Shown: positions 20,774-31,254, counted from the first letter of the stretch. The stretch is DNA of 43,671 nt from Chrysochromulina tobinii (GCA_001275005.1 JWZX01003082.1:1-43671), one strand, 5' to 3'. Notes: generated from the letters alone by a model not told the origin. Program-made: numbers and translations.

Positions 20774-21739
20774 ATGGCTGCTTTCTTTAGGGCGCTCTCA
20801 ACTCGCCGCGTTCTGAGTGGTGCGAGCGTCACGGCAGCAGCGACGGCGGTTGGTGCATTTGCACACGCCCAGGCCGCTCCGAGGCTGTTCTCGACGTGCG
20901 AGGAGCATCCTCTGCACGGTGGCGCCGAGGGGCCGCACTGCCTGCTCGTGTCGCTTCCGCTCTCCTACACTCCGTCAGCATCTGAGAGACATCCCGTGCT
21001 GTACGTCCTCGGTGGCGAGCCGTACCTCTTCTCGCTCGTCGCCACCGCGGCTCGCATCGGCAAGTACACAGCGTCGCTCGAGCAGCGCAGCTGGTATCCG
21101 GACTTGATCGTGGTCGGAATTTCTTGCGATGTGGTGGGAGTGACGGCTGTCCCAGAGCTCTGGAATGCGAATCGGCAGGTCGCGCTCTCGGTTGTGGCCA
21201 GCGCCATCGAGCACGTCGATGCCACCTACCGCACACAACCCTACGCCGGAGGCAGAGCGATCATTGGCCACGGTCTCGGCGGCGACGTTTTGGCACGTGC
21301 ACTCTGCGACGATGCCTTGGAAGGCTTCGAGAGCTACATGATCGGCTCGCCGACTTGCTTGGACACGCGGATCACTACTAGCAGCGAGCCGCCTAAGGCC
21401 AAGGCGGCGCTCGTGTGTGTCGGAAGCGAGGAGAGGGATGAGGCGCGGCAAGCTGCGAAGCGTTTGCACCGCACATTGCAGGCGGCCCTCGGCGGCAAGG
21501 CGGGTGAGATGCATGCGATGGTCCACGTGGACCGCGATGGACACCAACGCGTCGAGGAGCTTGAGAGCGCTCCGGACTCGGGCGCGGCCGCCGTGACGCT
21601 CGACGTGATGGTCGGCGAAGGTGCACGGACGGCGCCGTTCGCGTTCGCTGCCCGGGCTGTCGAGTGGCTCGCGGCGAGGATGGAGAGGGCCAAGATCGAG
21701 CGACTCCACCGCCACCTTCCATGGCACGAGTTCAGGTAG
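20774..21739 (+). CDS. Alpha/beta hydrolase of the putative-esterase (IroE/Fes-like) family; nucleophile Ser replaced by Gly
   Basis: VSLPLSY..RHPVLYVLGG, PDLIVVGI, HVDATYRT..RAIIGHGLGG, FESYMIGSP. The Arg/Ser/Ala-rich, acid-free N-terminus resembles a mitochondrial presequence. Confidence 0.75.
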   Translation: MAAFFRALSTRRVLSGASVTAAATAVGAFAHAQAAPRLFSTCEEHPLHGGAEGPHCLLVSLPLSYTPSASERHPVLYVLGGEPYLFSLVATAARIGKYTASLEQRSWYPDLIVVGISCDVVGVTAVPELWNANRQVALSVVASAIEHVDATYRTQPYAGGRAIIGHGLGGDVLARALCDDALEGFESYMIGSPTCLDTRITTSSEPPKAKAALVCVGSEERDEARQAAKRLHRTLQAALGGKAGEMHAMVHVDRDGHQRVEELESAPDSGAAAVTLDVMVGEGARTAPFAFAARAVEWLAARMERAKIERLHRHLPWHEFR

Positions 21740-21829
21740 GGAAGCGGCACGTACATTGTAGGAAAGAGGGCGCGCCAAAAAATTGGCGCCGTTTTGGGCG
21801 TTGTGGCTCTCGCGGCATCTCATCTCACA

Positions 21830-23236
21830 ATGCTGACGCTCGTCACCGTGCTGATGGCCTTCAAGGCTCCGGACAAAAAGGCGGCGCCGGAACAGAAGGC
21901 GAACGGCATGCAGGTGCTCTCGCCCACGAACGCGACGCAGCTCAAGGCCGTCTTCTTCTCAGGCGACCCGTGGCTGATCCAGTGCGGCTCCAAGGCCGAC
22001 CTCGCGGCTGCGGCGGCCGGCGACGTCGGGCTCGGAGCGCACGATGTGCTCGAGATCGCGATGCCGGCGCTTGCAAAGCTTCCAGCAGAGTTGGGCCTGC
22101 TCGACTGCGAGAAGAAGCTCCCATCGGGCAAATCGACGCTCGATCGCTTCAAGCTCGACGGCGGTGTCTCGCCGATGCTCATCTTTGCCGCCAACGGCCT
22201 CGCTCCAGTGCAGATCGTGCCGTCGATGCTGGCCAAGTACGGCGGCAGCAGCAACCTGTTCCCGACGCCTCGCCAGCAGGCCGCCGCGCTCGTCGCCCTC
22301 GTCAAGTCGCGCGCGACGCCGCAGGCGTTCACGTTCACGAAGAGCGAGCAGATGCATGCCCACTGCCTCAAGTGCAAGCACTGCGTGCTGTGGCTGACCG
22401 AGGGCGAGCCACAGGGCGAGGCGGCACGCACGCTGGGCACCCTGCTGCGCGAGTACCGCACCGTCGCCTTCGGCACCGTCAACACCGCGCGCTACCAGTT
22501 CTCACTTGCCAAGGCGCTACCTGCCCCTCCGACAAAGCGGACGCCGCAGGTGCTTGCTGTGCGCTCGACGGCGGCGGAGGGCGACGCGAAGAAGGTGACG
22601 CTGGCGGCGAAGGCGTACCGCGGCGAGCCGACGCTCGAGGGGCTTCGAGGTTTCGTCAGTGGGCTCACCGATGAGTCGCTCGAGCTGACGCCTTTGACGA
22701 AACCTCCCGCCCTCGCGTGGAGGAAGCAGGCCAAGGAGGCGGCCAAGGATGGCAAGGAGGAGGGTGGGGTCGGAGGCAAGCGCGGCGCGAAGGAGGGCAG
22801 CAGCAGCAGCAGCAGCGGCAGCAGCACCAGCAGCACCAGCAGCAGCAAACGCCAGAGCCGCAAGGGCGGTAAGAGCGGTACAGGCGCTGGCAGCGGCGCA
22901 GAGCGTAAGATGAGCTACGAGGAGCGGAAAGCGGCGGAGGCGGCGGCCAGAAAGGCCAAGGCAGCGGCGGCCAAGGGCGGCGGCCCGGTGGATGAGGTGG
23001 AGCGGCGGCGCCGGATGGCTCTCGAGGAGGAAGAACTCCTCCGTTCCATGTTCGACTCCGAAGAGGCAGCTGGCGAAGAGGAGGCGGACGAGGCGGAGGA
23101 GACTGTGAACTTTGATGACGAGGAGGGCGCTCATGACGACGCGCAGGAGGACGAGGGTGCCGACATGGACGAGGAGAACGAGGACGAGGCCACGATGGAG
23201 GTCGAAGACGATGGCTCGGATAAGCAGGAGCTCTGA
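21830..23236 (+). CDS. Probable ER-luminal protein with thioredoxin-like fold(s), charged tail and C-terminal KQEL
   Basis: Short hydrophobic N-terminus. VFFSGDPWLIQC and LGLLDCEKKLPSGK segments resemble redox-inactive thioredoxin/PDI-like domains. Basic then acidic tail ending SDKQEL. Confidence 0.6.
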   Translation: MLTLVTVLMAFKAPDKKAAPEQKANGMQVLSPTNATQLKAVFFSGDPWLIQCGSKADLAAAAAGDVGLGAHDVLEIAMPALAKLPAELGLLDCEKKLPSGKSTLDRFKLDGGVSPMLIFAANGLAPVQIVPSMLAKYGGSSNLFPTPRQQAAALVALVKSRATPQAFTFTKSEQMHAHCLKCKHCVLWLTEGEPQGEAARTLGTLLREYRTVAFGTVNTARYQFSLAKALPAPPTKRTPQVLAVRSTAAEGDAKKVTLAAKAYRGEPTLEGLRGFVSGLTDESLELTPLTKPPALAWRKQAKEAAKDGKEEGGVGGKRGAKEGSSSSSSGSSTSSTSSSKRQSRKGGKSGTGAGSGAERKMSYEERKAAEAAARKAKAAAAKGGGPVDEVERRRRMALEEEELLRSMFDSEEAAGEEEADEAEETVNFDDEEGAHDDAQEDEGADMDEENEDEATMEVEDDGSDKQEL

Positions 23237-23547
23237 TCTCCCTTCTCCGCGCGCGTGCGAGCGAGCGCGGCGCTGAAGCGTGTGCGCGCGCGCCGCACAC
23301 GCATCGAACTGCAGTTAGCAGTAGCACCCAACTGAACGGTCGGCTTCGGTTGAAAATCGTAGAAATTTTCTCAAGGGGAAATGACTGTTGACTCATGCCC
23401 AAACCCCAATTGCCCATCTGCGAAAAGGGCTGGCCCTTGCTGGCTGTGATAAGGGGGTCCAGGGGTCCCCGAGCCAGTTGTAACCGCACACGTATGTTCG
23501 GAGCGTCTTGGGTTTCGAGTTATAAACATTGGCTGTGAAACACAACC

Positions 23548-24234
23548 ATGTCACAGTCTCTTGGACGCGTGATCCAGTCGGTGGTGACGCACAATCGGCT
23601 TCAGGAATGCGAAGTCATGTGGCAGCAGCACCGACATCAGCTGGCGCACGAGCAGGAGCGCGGCGGCGAGGAGAGCGACTCACGCACCGCTGCAGCTCGC
23701 AACACCCTGGCTAGCATTGAGCAGGCTCGGGATGCGGCTGCGGCGCGGAAGCTGGCGGCGCGCAGCGCTGAGACGCAAGCGGCCGCCGCGTCCTCCAGCA
23801 GCGATAGCAGCGATAGCAGCAGCGATAGCGAGCGGCACGGCAAGAAGCGGCGACGGAAGGAAGAGAAGCGGGAGAAGAAGAGTCGGAAGCGCGGGCACGG
23901 AGAGAGGGACAAGAAGCAGCATCGCGAAAAGGAGAAGCGCAAGCGGTCTGGAAAGGAGAAGCACGAGCGCAACAGGAAGACGAAACGTCAGCGAGGCGCT
24001 TACCAGCCAGCCTCCTTAACGGTCATGGGCGCAGCGTTTTCCGACGATGATGACGACGGCGCACAGCATGACGGTGCGATAGTGTTGCCCCCCACCGTGG
24101 AGCCTGCAGCCAAGGATACACATCCACCCAGGGTCCTCGTTCCCGCTGCGGTGCAAGGGCCGTCCGCGACGCCATCCTTATACACTGGGAAGGAAAAGTT
24201 CCCGTCGCAGCATCCGTGGTTTGGATATCGGTAA
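23548..24234 (+). CDS. Lys/Arg-rich hypothetical (probably nuclear) protein
   Basis: 228-aa ORF with ATG start, SSSDSSDS stretch and a long K/R/E-rich segment. No family recognised. Confidence 0.6.
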   Translation: MSQSLGRVIQSVVTHNRLQECEVMWQQHRHQLAHEQERGGEESDSRTAAARNTLASIEQARDAAAARKLAARSAETQAAAASSSSDSSDSSSDSERHGKKRRRKEEKREKKSRKRGHGERDKKQHREKEKRKRSGKEKHERNRKTKRQRGAYQPASLTVMGAAFSDDDDDGAQHDGAIVLPPTVEPAAKDTHPPRVLVPAAVQGPSATPSLYTGKEKFPSQHPWFGYR

Positions 24235-24805
24235 CAGCGTAACAATGTTGGGCGCGTCGTGGAACGTTCTGTACTAAGTGGTATCAGCTGGCCCGTATAC
24301 CGGGATCAGCGAAGCAATATCGACGAGTTTCGTGGCCCTTCCCGGTCTAGCCTATAAAAATAACGAACGTGCGTAAAGAGCATGCTGGCGACAATGCTAC
24401 CGATGGAGAGCTCGGCCAGGGCTCGCGGGAGCGGACACCGAGACAGGTGTAGTCTCCACAGGACGCGTCACAGTTGTCCACAGAGCACATTGGATGTAGG
24501 ACGAGCCTCGAGGATTGTGGTGCGGGCGCAGACTGATGTTACCTCTCTGAGCTTCGAAAGCGCGAGAGGCCGACGCCCGACGGAGACTCACACGACACAA
24601 GGGACACATTGCGCATCGACGCACTAACGACGCACATCTTTGATCGCACATCGACGAGAGTGGATCGAGCAGTGACGGGTCTGCCAACTCACAGCACCGC
24701 GCTTCCCTCTGAAATGGATCCGGGGCGTTGAACTCAGAGCGGCTGTGAATTCACTGCGATGCGCCCCCGATCCGCTGGCGGGAAAAGTATTCACCCCCAT
24801 CGCTT

Positions 24806-25237
24806 TTGCGCATGCCGCTCGCACGTGCCCCGCAGTCGGCAAGTTCCAGGAGACAGCCAGCGGCCGACAGCTACCTCAGCGGTTCTTTCTCCGTGCATCT
24901 CAAGGGCCGCGCGGCGCCTACCGTCTGGAGGTGGCCGGCAGTCTGGGCACTGGTCACGGGCTTCTCCTTGCAGCTCGTCTTCGGCATATTCTCGTCGCTC
25001 ATCTCACTCGCAGCGCTTGTGGCCGCCGATCCGAAGCGCTGTCCCGTTGCCCCCGCAGATGGCGCGCTGAGGCCTTTTTGCATGTGGCTTGTCGGCGTGG
25101 TCGGCGCCTGCATAGTGGGCGAGTACTGCACCACCGCGCCCTGGTCCTCCCATAGCTCATGGGTGATGTGGGGTGGCATCTGTGAGCTGTGGCGACTGAA
25201 TCGGCTGCTAAACCACTTGCGAGACACCGCGCCCTAG
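24806..25237 (+). CDS. Possible small membrane protein (start uncertain)
   Basis: ORF with 2-3 hydrophobic segments (VWALVTGFSLQLVFGIFSSLISLAALVA, FCMWLVGVVGACIVG, WVMWGGICELW). No family recognised. Confidence 0.35.
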   Translation: MRMPLARAPQSASSRRQPAADSYLSGSFSVHLKGRAAPTVWRWPAVWALVTGFSLQLVFGIFSSLISLAALVAADPKRCPVAPADGALRPFCMWLVGVVGACIVGEYCTTAPWSSHSSWVMWGGICELWRLNRLLNHLRDTAP

Positions 25238-25721
25238 GTGCCCAAGCTACTTGGTGCGTCGAAGTCGCTTGGCTTTGGGAAGGCCTCGTATGGGCTCTTC
25301 GCTTACAACTCGATATGAACGTAGGACGCTGATGAAATTGATGAACGAACATGTGCAGTCTTCAGCTTGTACTGTCCAACTAGTAAAAAACTTAGCTCCG
25401 CTCGCGACGTTACGCTGCAATAGTAACGCTGCAGTTACGCTGTTAATGGATCGATCCCTCCCGGCCACATGGTACAGGCACACAAACGAGGTGCGGGCTT
25501 CGGGCAAGGGCTTCGGGCAGGGGCGGGCGCGTCATACAGTTGTATCGCTATGTATGACGATATGTTTGTAGCACGGCGGAACCAACATTTTGGGAGGGTG
25601 GGATTCCTAATTGCTTGGGCACTCACGTTTTTGCAGCGCAGCCAGAACTACTCCCGAGCACACGTGCGCGCGCGCCTCTCTCGAGCACACGAGAAGCGCG
25701 CGCATTCATCCGCATTCATCA

Positions 25722-27167
25722 ATGTCGACGACGCCTGCCGATGCCGCCGCGACTATGCCGACTGCACTGCCCGCTGCGCCTGCGGTGACGGCAATCGCTC
25801 CCGTCGAAGCTCAATTGGCTGCGGTCACCGAGGGTATGGCCGCTGTGGAGGCCACAGAGGTCGAGGTGGATGAGGTCCCCGAGGTGGAGCGCCGCCTGAA
25901 CGAGAAGGAGGATGACGAGGTGATCGACGGAACGTCGCAGACGGACGCGCTGCACTCGGTGACGATCGCGAAATTCGACGACCCGAAACTCGGGCTGCCG
26001 GAATCGCTGATCAAAGGGCTGTACGAGATGAACTTCACAAAGCCTTCGAAAATCCAGGCCATCTCGCTGCCCAAGATCTGGGCCAATCGCAATCTGCTCG
26101 CGCAGTCGCACAACGGCACGGGCAAGACAGCCTGCTTCGTCCTCGGCATGTTGCGTATCGCCGATGCGAGGGTGAAGAAGCCGCAGGCGCTCTGCATCTG
26201 CCCGACGCGTGAGCTCGCAAAGCAGATCGCGGAGGAGACACACAGGATGGGCAAGTACATGCTGCTGGAGTCGGGGATGACGGTCAAGTGCATCTTGAAA
26301 GAGGAGAGATACGAGAAGGGCGCCACCATGCCCGACCAGATCGTCATCGGCACTCCGGGTAAGATCTGGACACTCATCTCGCTCAGGGTGCTCGACACCG
26401 CTGCTATAAAGGTGTTCGTGCTCGACGAGGCGGACGAGATGTTGACGGCGGGGCATGGCGACAACACGAAGCGCATCCGCAAGGTTATGCCCAAACAGCT
26501 GCAGACCCTCTTCTTCTCTGCCACGTGGAAGGAAGAGACTGTCAAGTTTGCGAACTCGCTCAAGGGCAGTGGCGGCGAGGCGTCGTGGGCCCAAGTGACC
26601 ATCAAGCGCCAGCATATCTTCAACGACCAGGTGAAGCAGTATTACCTGGAGTGCAACGGCTTTAAGGAGAAGGAAGAAAGGCTCGGCGAGCTCCTCTCCC
26701 TGATCGACGCGGGACAGATCATCGTCTTCGTGAACACGCGTGACTCCGTCGAAAGCCTCACGAGGAGGCTCACGGCGGATGGGCACAGCGTCTCGTCGAT
26801 ACACGGGAAGATGGAGGAGAGGGCTCGTGACAAGGCGCTCAAGGACTTCCACGACGCCGCCTCGAAAATCCTGATCGCGACCAACGTCCTCTCACGCGGC
26901 ATCGACGTGCCCGCCGTGACCCTGGTCGTCCAATACGATATGCCGGTCATGCATGGCGGCATGTACGACCCAGAGACCTTTCTGCATCGCGTGGGGCGTA
27001 CCGGTCGTTTCGGGCGCAAGGGGGTCGCACTCAACTTGATCGAGAACAAAAAGGAGTTGAGGGTGCTCAACGATATTCAAGACTACTACGAGCGCAAAGC
27101 GCAAATCCAGGAAATCCCGCCCACGACCGATCCGGAGGCGATGCTGGCGCTGCTCACCGTCAAGTGA
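25722..27167 (+). CDS. DBP5: DEAD-box RNA helicase DBP5/DDX19 (mRNA export)
   Basis: FTKPSKIQ, AQSHNGTGKT, CPTRELA, GTPG, DEAD, FSAT, RGID, HRVGRTGRFGRKG. The PSKIQ and NLLAQS pattern is typical of DBP5/LOS4. Intronless. Confidence 0.93.
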   Translation: MSTTPADAAATMPTALPAAPAVTAIAPVEAQLAAVTEGMAAVEATEVEVDEVPEVERRLNEKEDDEVIDGTSQTDALHSVTIAKFDDPKLGLPESLIKGLYEMNFTKPSKIQAISLPKIWANRNLLAQSHNGTGKTACFVLGMLRIADARVKKPQALCICPTRELAKQIAEETHRMGKYMLLESGMTVKCILKEERYEKGATMPDQIVIGTPGKIWTLISLRVLDTAAIKVFVLDEADEMLTAGHGDNTKRIRKVMPKQLQTLFFSATWKEETVKFANSLKGSGGEASWAQVTIKRQHIFNDQVKQYYLECNGFKEKEERLGELLSLIDAGQIIVFVNTRDSVESLTRRLTADGHSVSSIHGKMEERARDKALKDFHDAASKILIATNVLSRGIDVPAVTLVVQYDMPVMHGGMYDPETFLHRVGRTGRFGRKGVALNLIENKKELRVLNDIQDYYERKAQIQEIPPTTDPEAMLALLTVK

Positions 27168-28186
27168 GCGCTCGCCAAAGAGCAAAGGAGCGAGAGAGAG
27201 CGCCGCGGGGGGAGAGCCGGTCTGCAGCGCTGAGGGCAGGCGAGAGGCCACATGTGGAGGCCACAAGAGGGACGAACCACCAAGTTGTATTTTGTATTCT
27301 TGTTTCGTGTGTGTGACATGTGTGTGAAGGCATCGTCGTCGGTGTGTATGCGCCCGGGTCCGGAGGGGGCGGCGAGACGGGGGGCGCCCGAGGGATTCTT
27401 GTTGCTTCTTTGCGAAGCGGTGCGTGTTGATCGTGCATCGCGTCGAGTTGACCACACCGGAGGCGTAAGTGCTAAGTGGCGTTGAGGTAGTGGCCCCTAA
27501 GGCCCCCGGTTCATTTTACGCATTACGGATCGTACCGGTATCGCGTCGCCGTCGGTCCGTTTACGCATTGGCATTACGGTCCGTGCGACCCTCCGGGCCC
27601 GGCCCGGACGCGACGCCGACACCGGGCTTACGCCGGGTATGCATCCTTTATCGTTAAACGAAACGTTACCGCATAGTTACCGGTTAGTCGAGTCCTTACG
27701 CGACTACTAAAGAGAAATACCGGGTCCTCGTGGCTCCGGCCCCGGCCCGCCCGCGGTCACGGTGGACGGTCGCGCACGAGCAGACCGAACGCCCCCGCCC
27801 GCCCCGGCAGTCCGCGTACGACGCTCCTCTCGGAGCGCTACACACGTCACAGCTCTCGCCTGCGAGAGCGCACCAAATTCGGCTTCGCTCTCGCCGCGTC
27901 GCCGGGACCGATCATTGCCTTGTAGCTCGCACCCGCGAGCTCGCACCTGACCTCGCTCGGACCACACAACTCGCCGCTCTGGCTGTGAACTATGGCTGTG
28001 AACTCTTACCACCGCAGTATGACACCGCTGGCAAATGGGGTCGGCTCGACCTATCTAAAGCGCTGCGCGCGATCCGCTTGCCTACTGTACCTGTGACGGC
28101 GTATCTACCTCGGTCAGCTGGCACTCCGTTATGGAACCTCGTCCATGGCCGCCAGCGCAGCTGCCTGCTGGCCCAGCACGCCCCAA

Positions 28187-29272
28187 CTAGTTCACGTTAA
28201 TAGGTGGCTTGCGCAGCTGAGGCATGAAAGGGGTGAACGCGGGCTCGTCCGACGCGGCCGCATGCTCCACCTCCTGCGCCGCCGCCCCCTCGGCCGTCGC
28301 TACGGCCGCCGCCTCGGCCTTGGGCCTTGCCGTGGGCGTGGCCTCAACCTCCGCGTTGGGCGCAGCCTCCGCGTTGGCCTTAGCCTCTGCGTTGGCCTTA
28401 GCCTCCGCGTTGGCCTTAGCCTCTGCGGCCCACTTGACCCAAAACTTGCACGTGCCCTTCTCAACAGCCGAATGGCGCAGCCCGCAGAAGCTGCACCGGC
28501 TCTCCCACTCGCGCGGCAGGTACGACTTGCGCAGCCCCTGCACAGCACTCTCGCACTGGAGAAGGGCCTCGCGGGGGAGCTCTGCCTCCACGCTGTACGA
28601 GTCGAGCCGATCGTGCAACTCCTGCTGGAGCATCTTGACATGGTGCTTCTCGTCCGCAGAGGCGCCGCCGCGCTGCAGCCGCGCGTTCACCTGCGCACGC
28701 GACACGTGGAACTGCCGCATCGTCTCTGCCAGTTGCAGGGGCACCGGCGCGCTCAGGTCCGACGTGGCCGGCGCGGGCGTCGTGTGGTTCTCGCCCACGC
28801 CCTGCACCGTTGGGTGAGGGATGGTGACAGACGGGTGCTCGCTGTCGTCGAGCAGCACGCAGCGCACCGCGTCGGCCGCGCGCAGCGCCACGTCGCCCTT
28901 GCGTACCGGCCACCAGCCGATAGCACCCTGGATCTTCCCACCGTCATCCTGGCCGAGGCAAATGACGCACTCCTGCTGCCCGATGGGCTTGCAAAGCACA
29001 GCCCAATTAGTTCCATCCTCGACGGACGGCAAGCGGGCTATCGCCTTGCTATTCATAATCGACTGCCGGATGTCGACCGGAGCCGCTGCCAGCGTCACCG
29101 AAGCCTCCGCCGAGCTCAAACGCCGCAAGTCTGCGAGCAGCGAGGCATCCGCCCACTTTGGCACCGCGCCGAGCGCCTTGATCTCTGCAATCTCGGCAGC
29201 CTCCCTTCGCTCCTCCTTGGTCTCGCCCAGGCCCTTGCCGCGCCCTGCAAAGGCTCCAGCAAGCGCGGCCAT
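28187..29272 (-). CDS. Hypothetical protein with CxxC-x3-H-x7-C motif and AEAKAN repeats
   Basis: 361-aa ORF with ATG and protein-like composition. CSFCGLRHSAVEKGTC motif. 18-bp coding repeats at about 28350-28425. Confidence 0.6.
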   Translation of the reverse strand: MAALAGAFAGRGKGLGETKEERREAAEIAEIKALGAVPKWADASLLADLRRLSSAEASVTLAAAPVDIRQSIMNSKAIARLPSVEDGTNWAVLCKPIGQQECVICLGQDDGGKIQGAIGWWPVRKGDVALRAADAVRCVLLDDSEHPSVTIPHPTVQGVGENHTTPAPATSDLSAPVPLQLAETMRQFHVSRAQVNARLQRGGASADEKHHVKMLQQELHDRLDSYSVEAELPREALLQCESAVQGLRKSYLPREWESRCSFCGLRHSAVEKGTCKFWVKWAAEAKANAEAKANAEAKANAEAAPNAEVEATPTARPKAEAAAVATAEGAAAQEVEHAAASDEPAFTPFMPQLRKPPINVN

Positions 29273-29596
29273 CTAGACGCAGGAGGTCGCAGAGCGACTC
29301 GAAGATCGACCGCGGTTTGGCGTGAATTCACGCAAAACGCCGACACGACGCTTTTCGTCGACCGAAAGTTCAGGCCGTCACAGATCGGCATTCTACAAGG
29401 GTTCACAGCGCCGCGTGCGCGCGCGCAGGCGCGCCACCCGTTTCTAGCGGTGCTTCCGGTGTACCGGGTACCGGGTAAAGTGCCTTTGTGCGTGTCCGCG
29501 TGTCCCGTGTGTGTCCCGGCTCCCCCCGGTGTCTTCTTACCGGTACCGGTACCGTGTGATATTCATACTGTACCGGTAGACGCGCGCGGCGCGGCA

Positions 29597-30652
29597 ATGA
29601 CCGTCGCCGCCGCAGGCGTCGCCTCCAAGAATGTGCGCCTCATCGCCGAGACCGCACAGCTAATTCAAGAGCTGCATGCGTCTTCGACGTCGACAAGCGT
29701 GCTACGCTCGGGCAGTGTTGCTAAGACGCCAGAGGCGCCCTTGTTGCCACCACCGCTACCGCCTGCGCCGCCTTCGTTTCCATCAAAATTGCAAGACCAC
29801 GACGCAGATCCGTTCCTTGGCAATGGACCGACCAACCATAGTGAGTGGCAGCACTGCTTTGATGCGATCGGCAGTCGTGCTGCGTATGCCACCGCGCTCT
29901 ATGGCACGAGTGCTGCTGCTGCCGAGGATGCTTTCCGCTGGACGCACGTCAACGTCATCTACCCCTTCTTGATACCTAATTTGAACAACACGTGCTTGAA
30001 TGCTGCTGACATGGTGTACCGCAGGGTGGTCGTTGGCGCTACGTTTGTCGACTACCCGGAGCGCAGCAAGATCATGCACGGGAATACAGTCAATGGTGGT
30101 GGCCCCCGCGCACCGCCAAAGTGGCGCAGGTGGCCATGGACCGAGGTGCTGCATTCGCCAAGTTGGGGTAGAGGCATGGTCGACGAGCAGCTGTGGATGT
30201 ACGTTGCAAGGGGCAGCGGCCTTTGGTTCAACCCAGGCCGAGTACTTGAGCTAAGTGACACGTCGGATCTCGCCATCTTCCTGAATGCCAGCTACAGTGC
30301 ACGCCATACAGGCTCGAAGGCCGTGCTCATGCAGCTTGGTGTGTGTGCGCCCTCGCCTCGCGATGCCCGCCTCGCGATGCCCGCCTCGCAGACGCACGAT
30401 GACGCCCAATGGCTGTTCTTCTCACCCCTCACCTCGACCCTCGCAGCTGTAAAACGCCTCTCTCACCAATTCGACAGCGTCGCGTTTGCCTACCACGTTG
30501 ACGGCGGCTGCTGCCATCGCATGGTCATGAGAGAGCTCATCTCTCTGCACAATTTCTCCAAAACATGCCCCGTAAGTCCATCAATGGCACGAGGGTGGCC
30601 ACCGCACAATCTTCGACCGTGCAACTGCACGCCCCGAGTGGGCGTGTGCTGA
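29597..30652 (+). CDS. Hypothetical protein (EVLH..WMYVARGSGLWFNPG motif), 2 exons
   Basis: ATG at 29597. Probable intron 30339-30446 (GTGTGT...CTCAC...pyrimidine tract..CGCAG). Cys-rich C-terminus. Confidence 0.62.
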   Translation: MTVAAAGVASKNVRLIAETAQLIQELHASSTSTSVLRSGSVAKTPEAPLLPPPLPPAPPSFPSKLQDHDADPFLGNGPTNHSEWQHCFDAIGSRAAYATALYGTSAAAAEDAFRWTHVNVIYPFLIPNLNNTCLNAADMVYRRVVVGATFVDYPERSKIMHGNTVNGGGPRAPPKWRRWPWTEVLHSPSWGRGMVDEQLWMYVARGSGLWFNPGRVLELSDTSDLAIFLNASYSARHTGSKAVLMQLGVCAPSPRDARLAMPASQTHDDAQWLFFSPLTSTLAAVKRLSHQFDSVAFAYHVDGGCCHRMVMRELISLHNFSKTCPVSPSMARGWPPHNLRPCNCTPRVGVC

Positions 30653-31254
30653 GGTTTCCAATAGGATTACTAAACATGCTGAAAATTGTAACCGATGTAA
30701 GGTTCGGTCCTCGTAATGTGGCATTCCAACTCCGATCTGTCCTCTCTTCGACGATTACGACGAAAACAGTAATGAGTAAACCGATGGCAGGGCCTGGGGT
30801 TCAACCGAACAGCGTTACGCGTGTGGTGAGAGCGGTGTGGCACGTAAATGATTCTGCGTGGCCTTTCGGCGCGGGATGGGGTGATGAACGTGATGCCTGA
30901 CTTTGCCTCACATATTAATCAGACCATCCCGAACACACATACACACACTGCCAGCACCGCCGCGCGTGGCCAGCTAGCCACCCGATCGCATCGGGCGATC
31001 TTCAGTCATCAATACAAGCGACCCACATCAAGCCAACAATCATCACATAATCTGACAGATGTGCCCACGTTATGGTGACTATTTATCGTGGGCCCGATCA
31101 TCCTTGTGTTGATCGAAGAAGAGAAGAAACAATTCGTACATCGTTCTCGGCCGATGCCGTGCCAAAGTCTGCGCTCGGCGCATCCGTCCGAGTCATCATC
31201 TTGACCTCACGTTGCCTTGACCTGGGGAGGCGAGAGTGTGTGAGTCGTTGCGCC

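Noticed and set aside
21769..21790. GCGCGCCAAAAATTGGCGCC near-palindrome / E2F-like site
   Set aside because: A single short occurrence upstream of a gene with no cell-cycle link, which could be chance.
24397..24687. Minus-strand ORF with CAMCPLCRV, RING-like
   Set aside because: Only the tail resembles a RING finger, ligand spacing is incomplete, the start is non-ATG, and the rest is not protein-like.
25300..25620. TGATGA boxes suggesting a C/D snoRNA upstream of DBP5
   Set aside because: No convincing downstream D box with a terminal stem or recognisable rRNA guide could be established by eye.
28145..30652. 835-aa ORF on the plus strand
   Set aside because: Its first 484 codons are the antisense shadow of the 28187-29272 ORF plus intergenic DNA. 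Only the part from ATG 29597 looks like protein.
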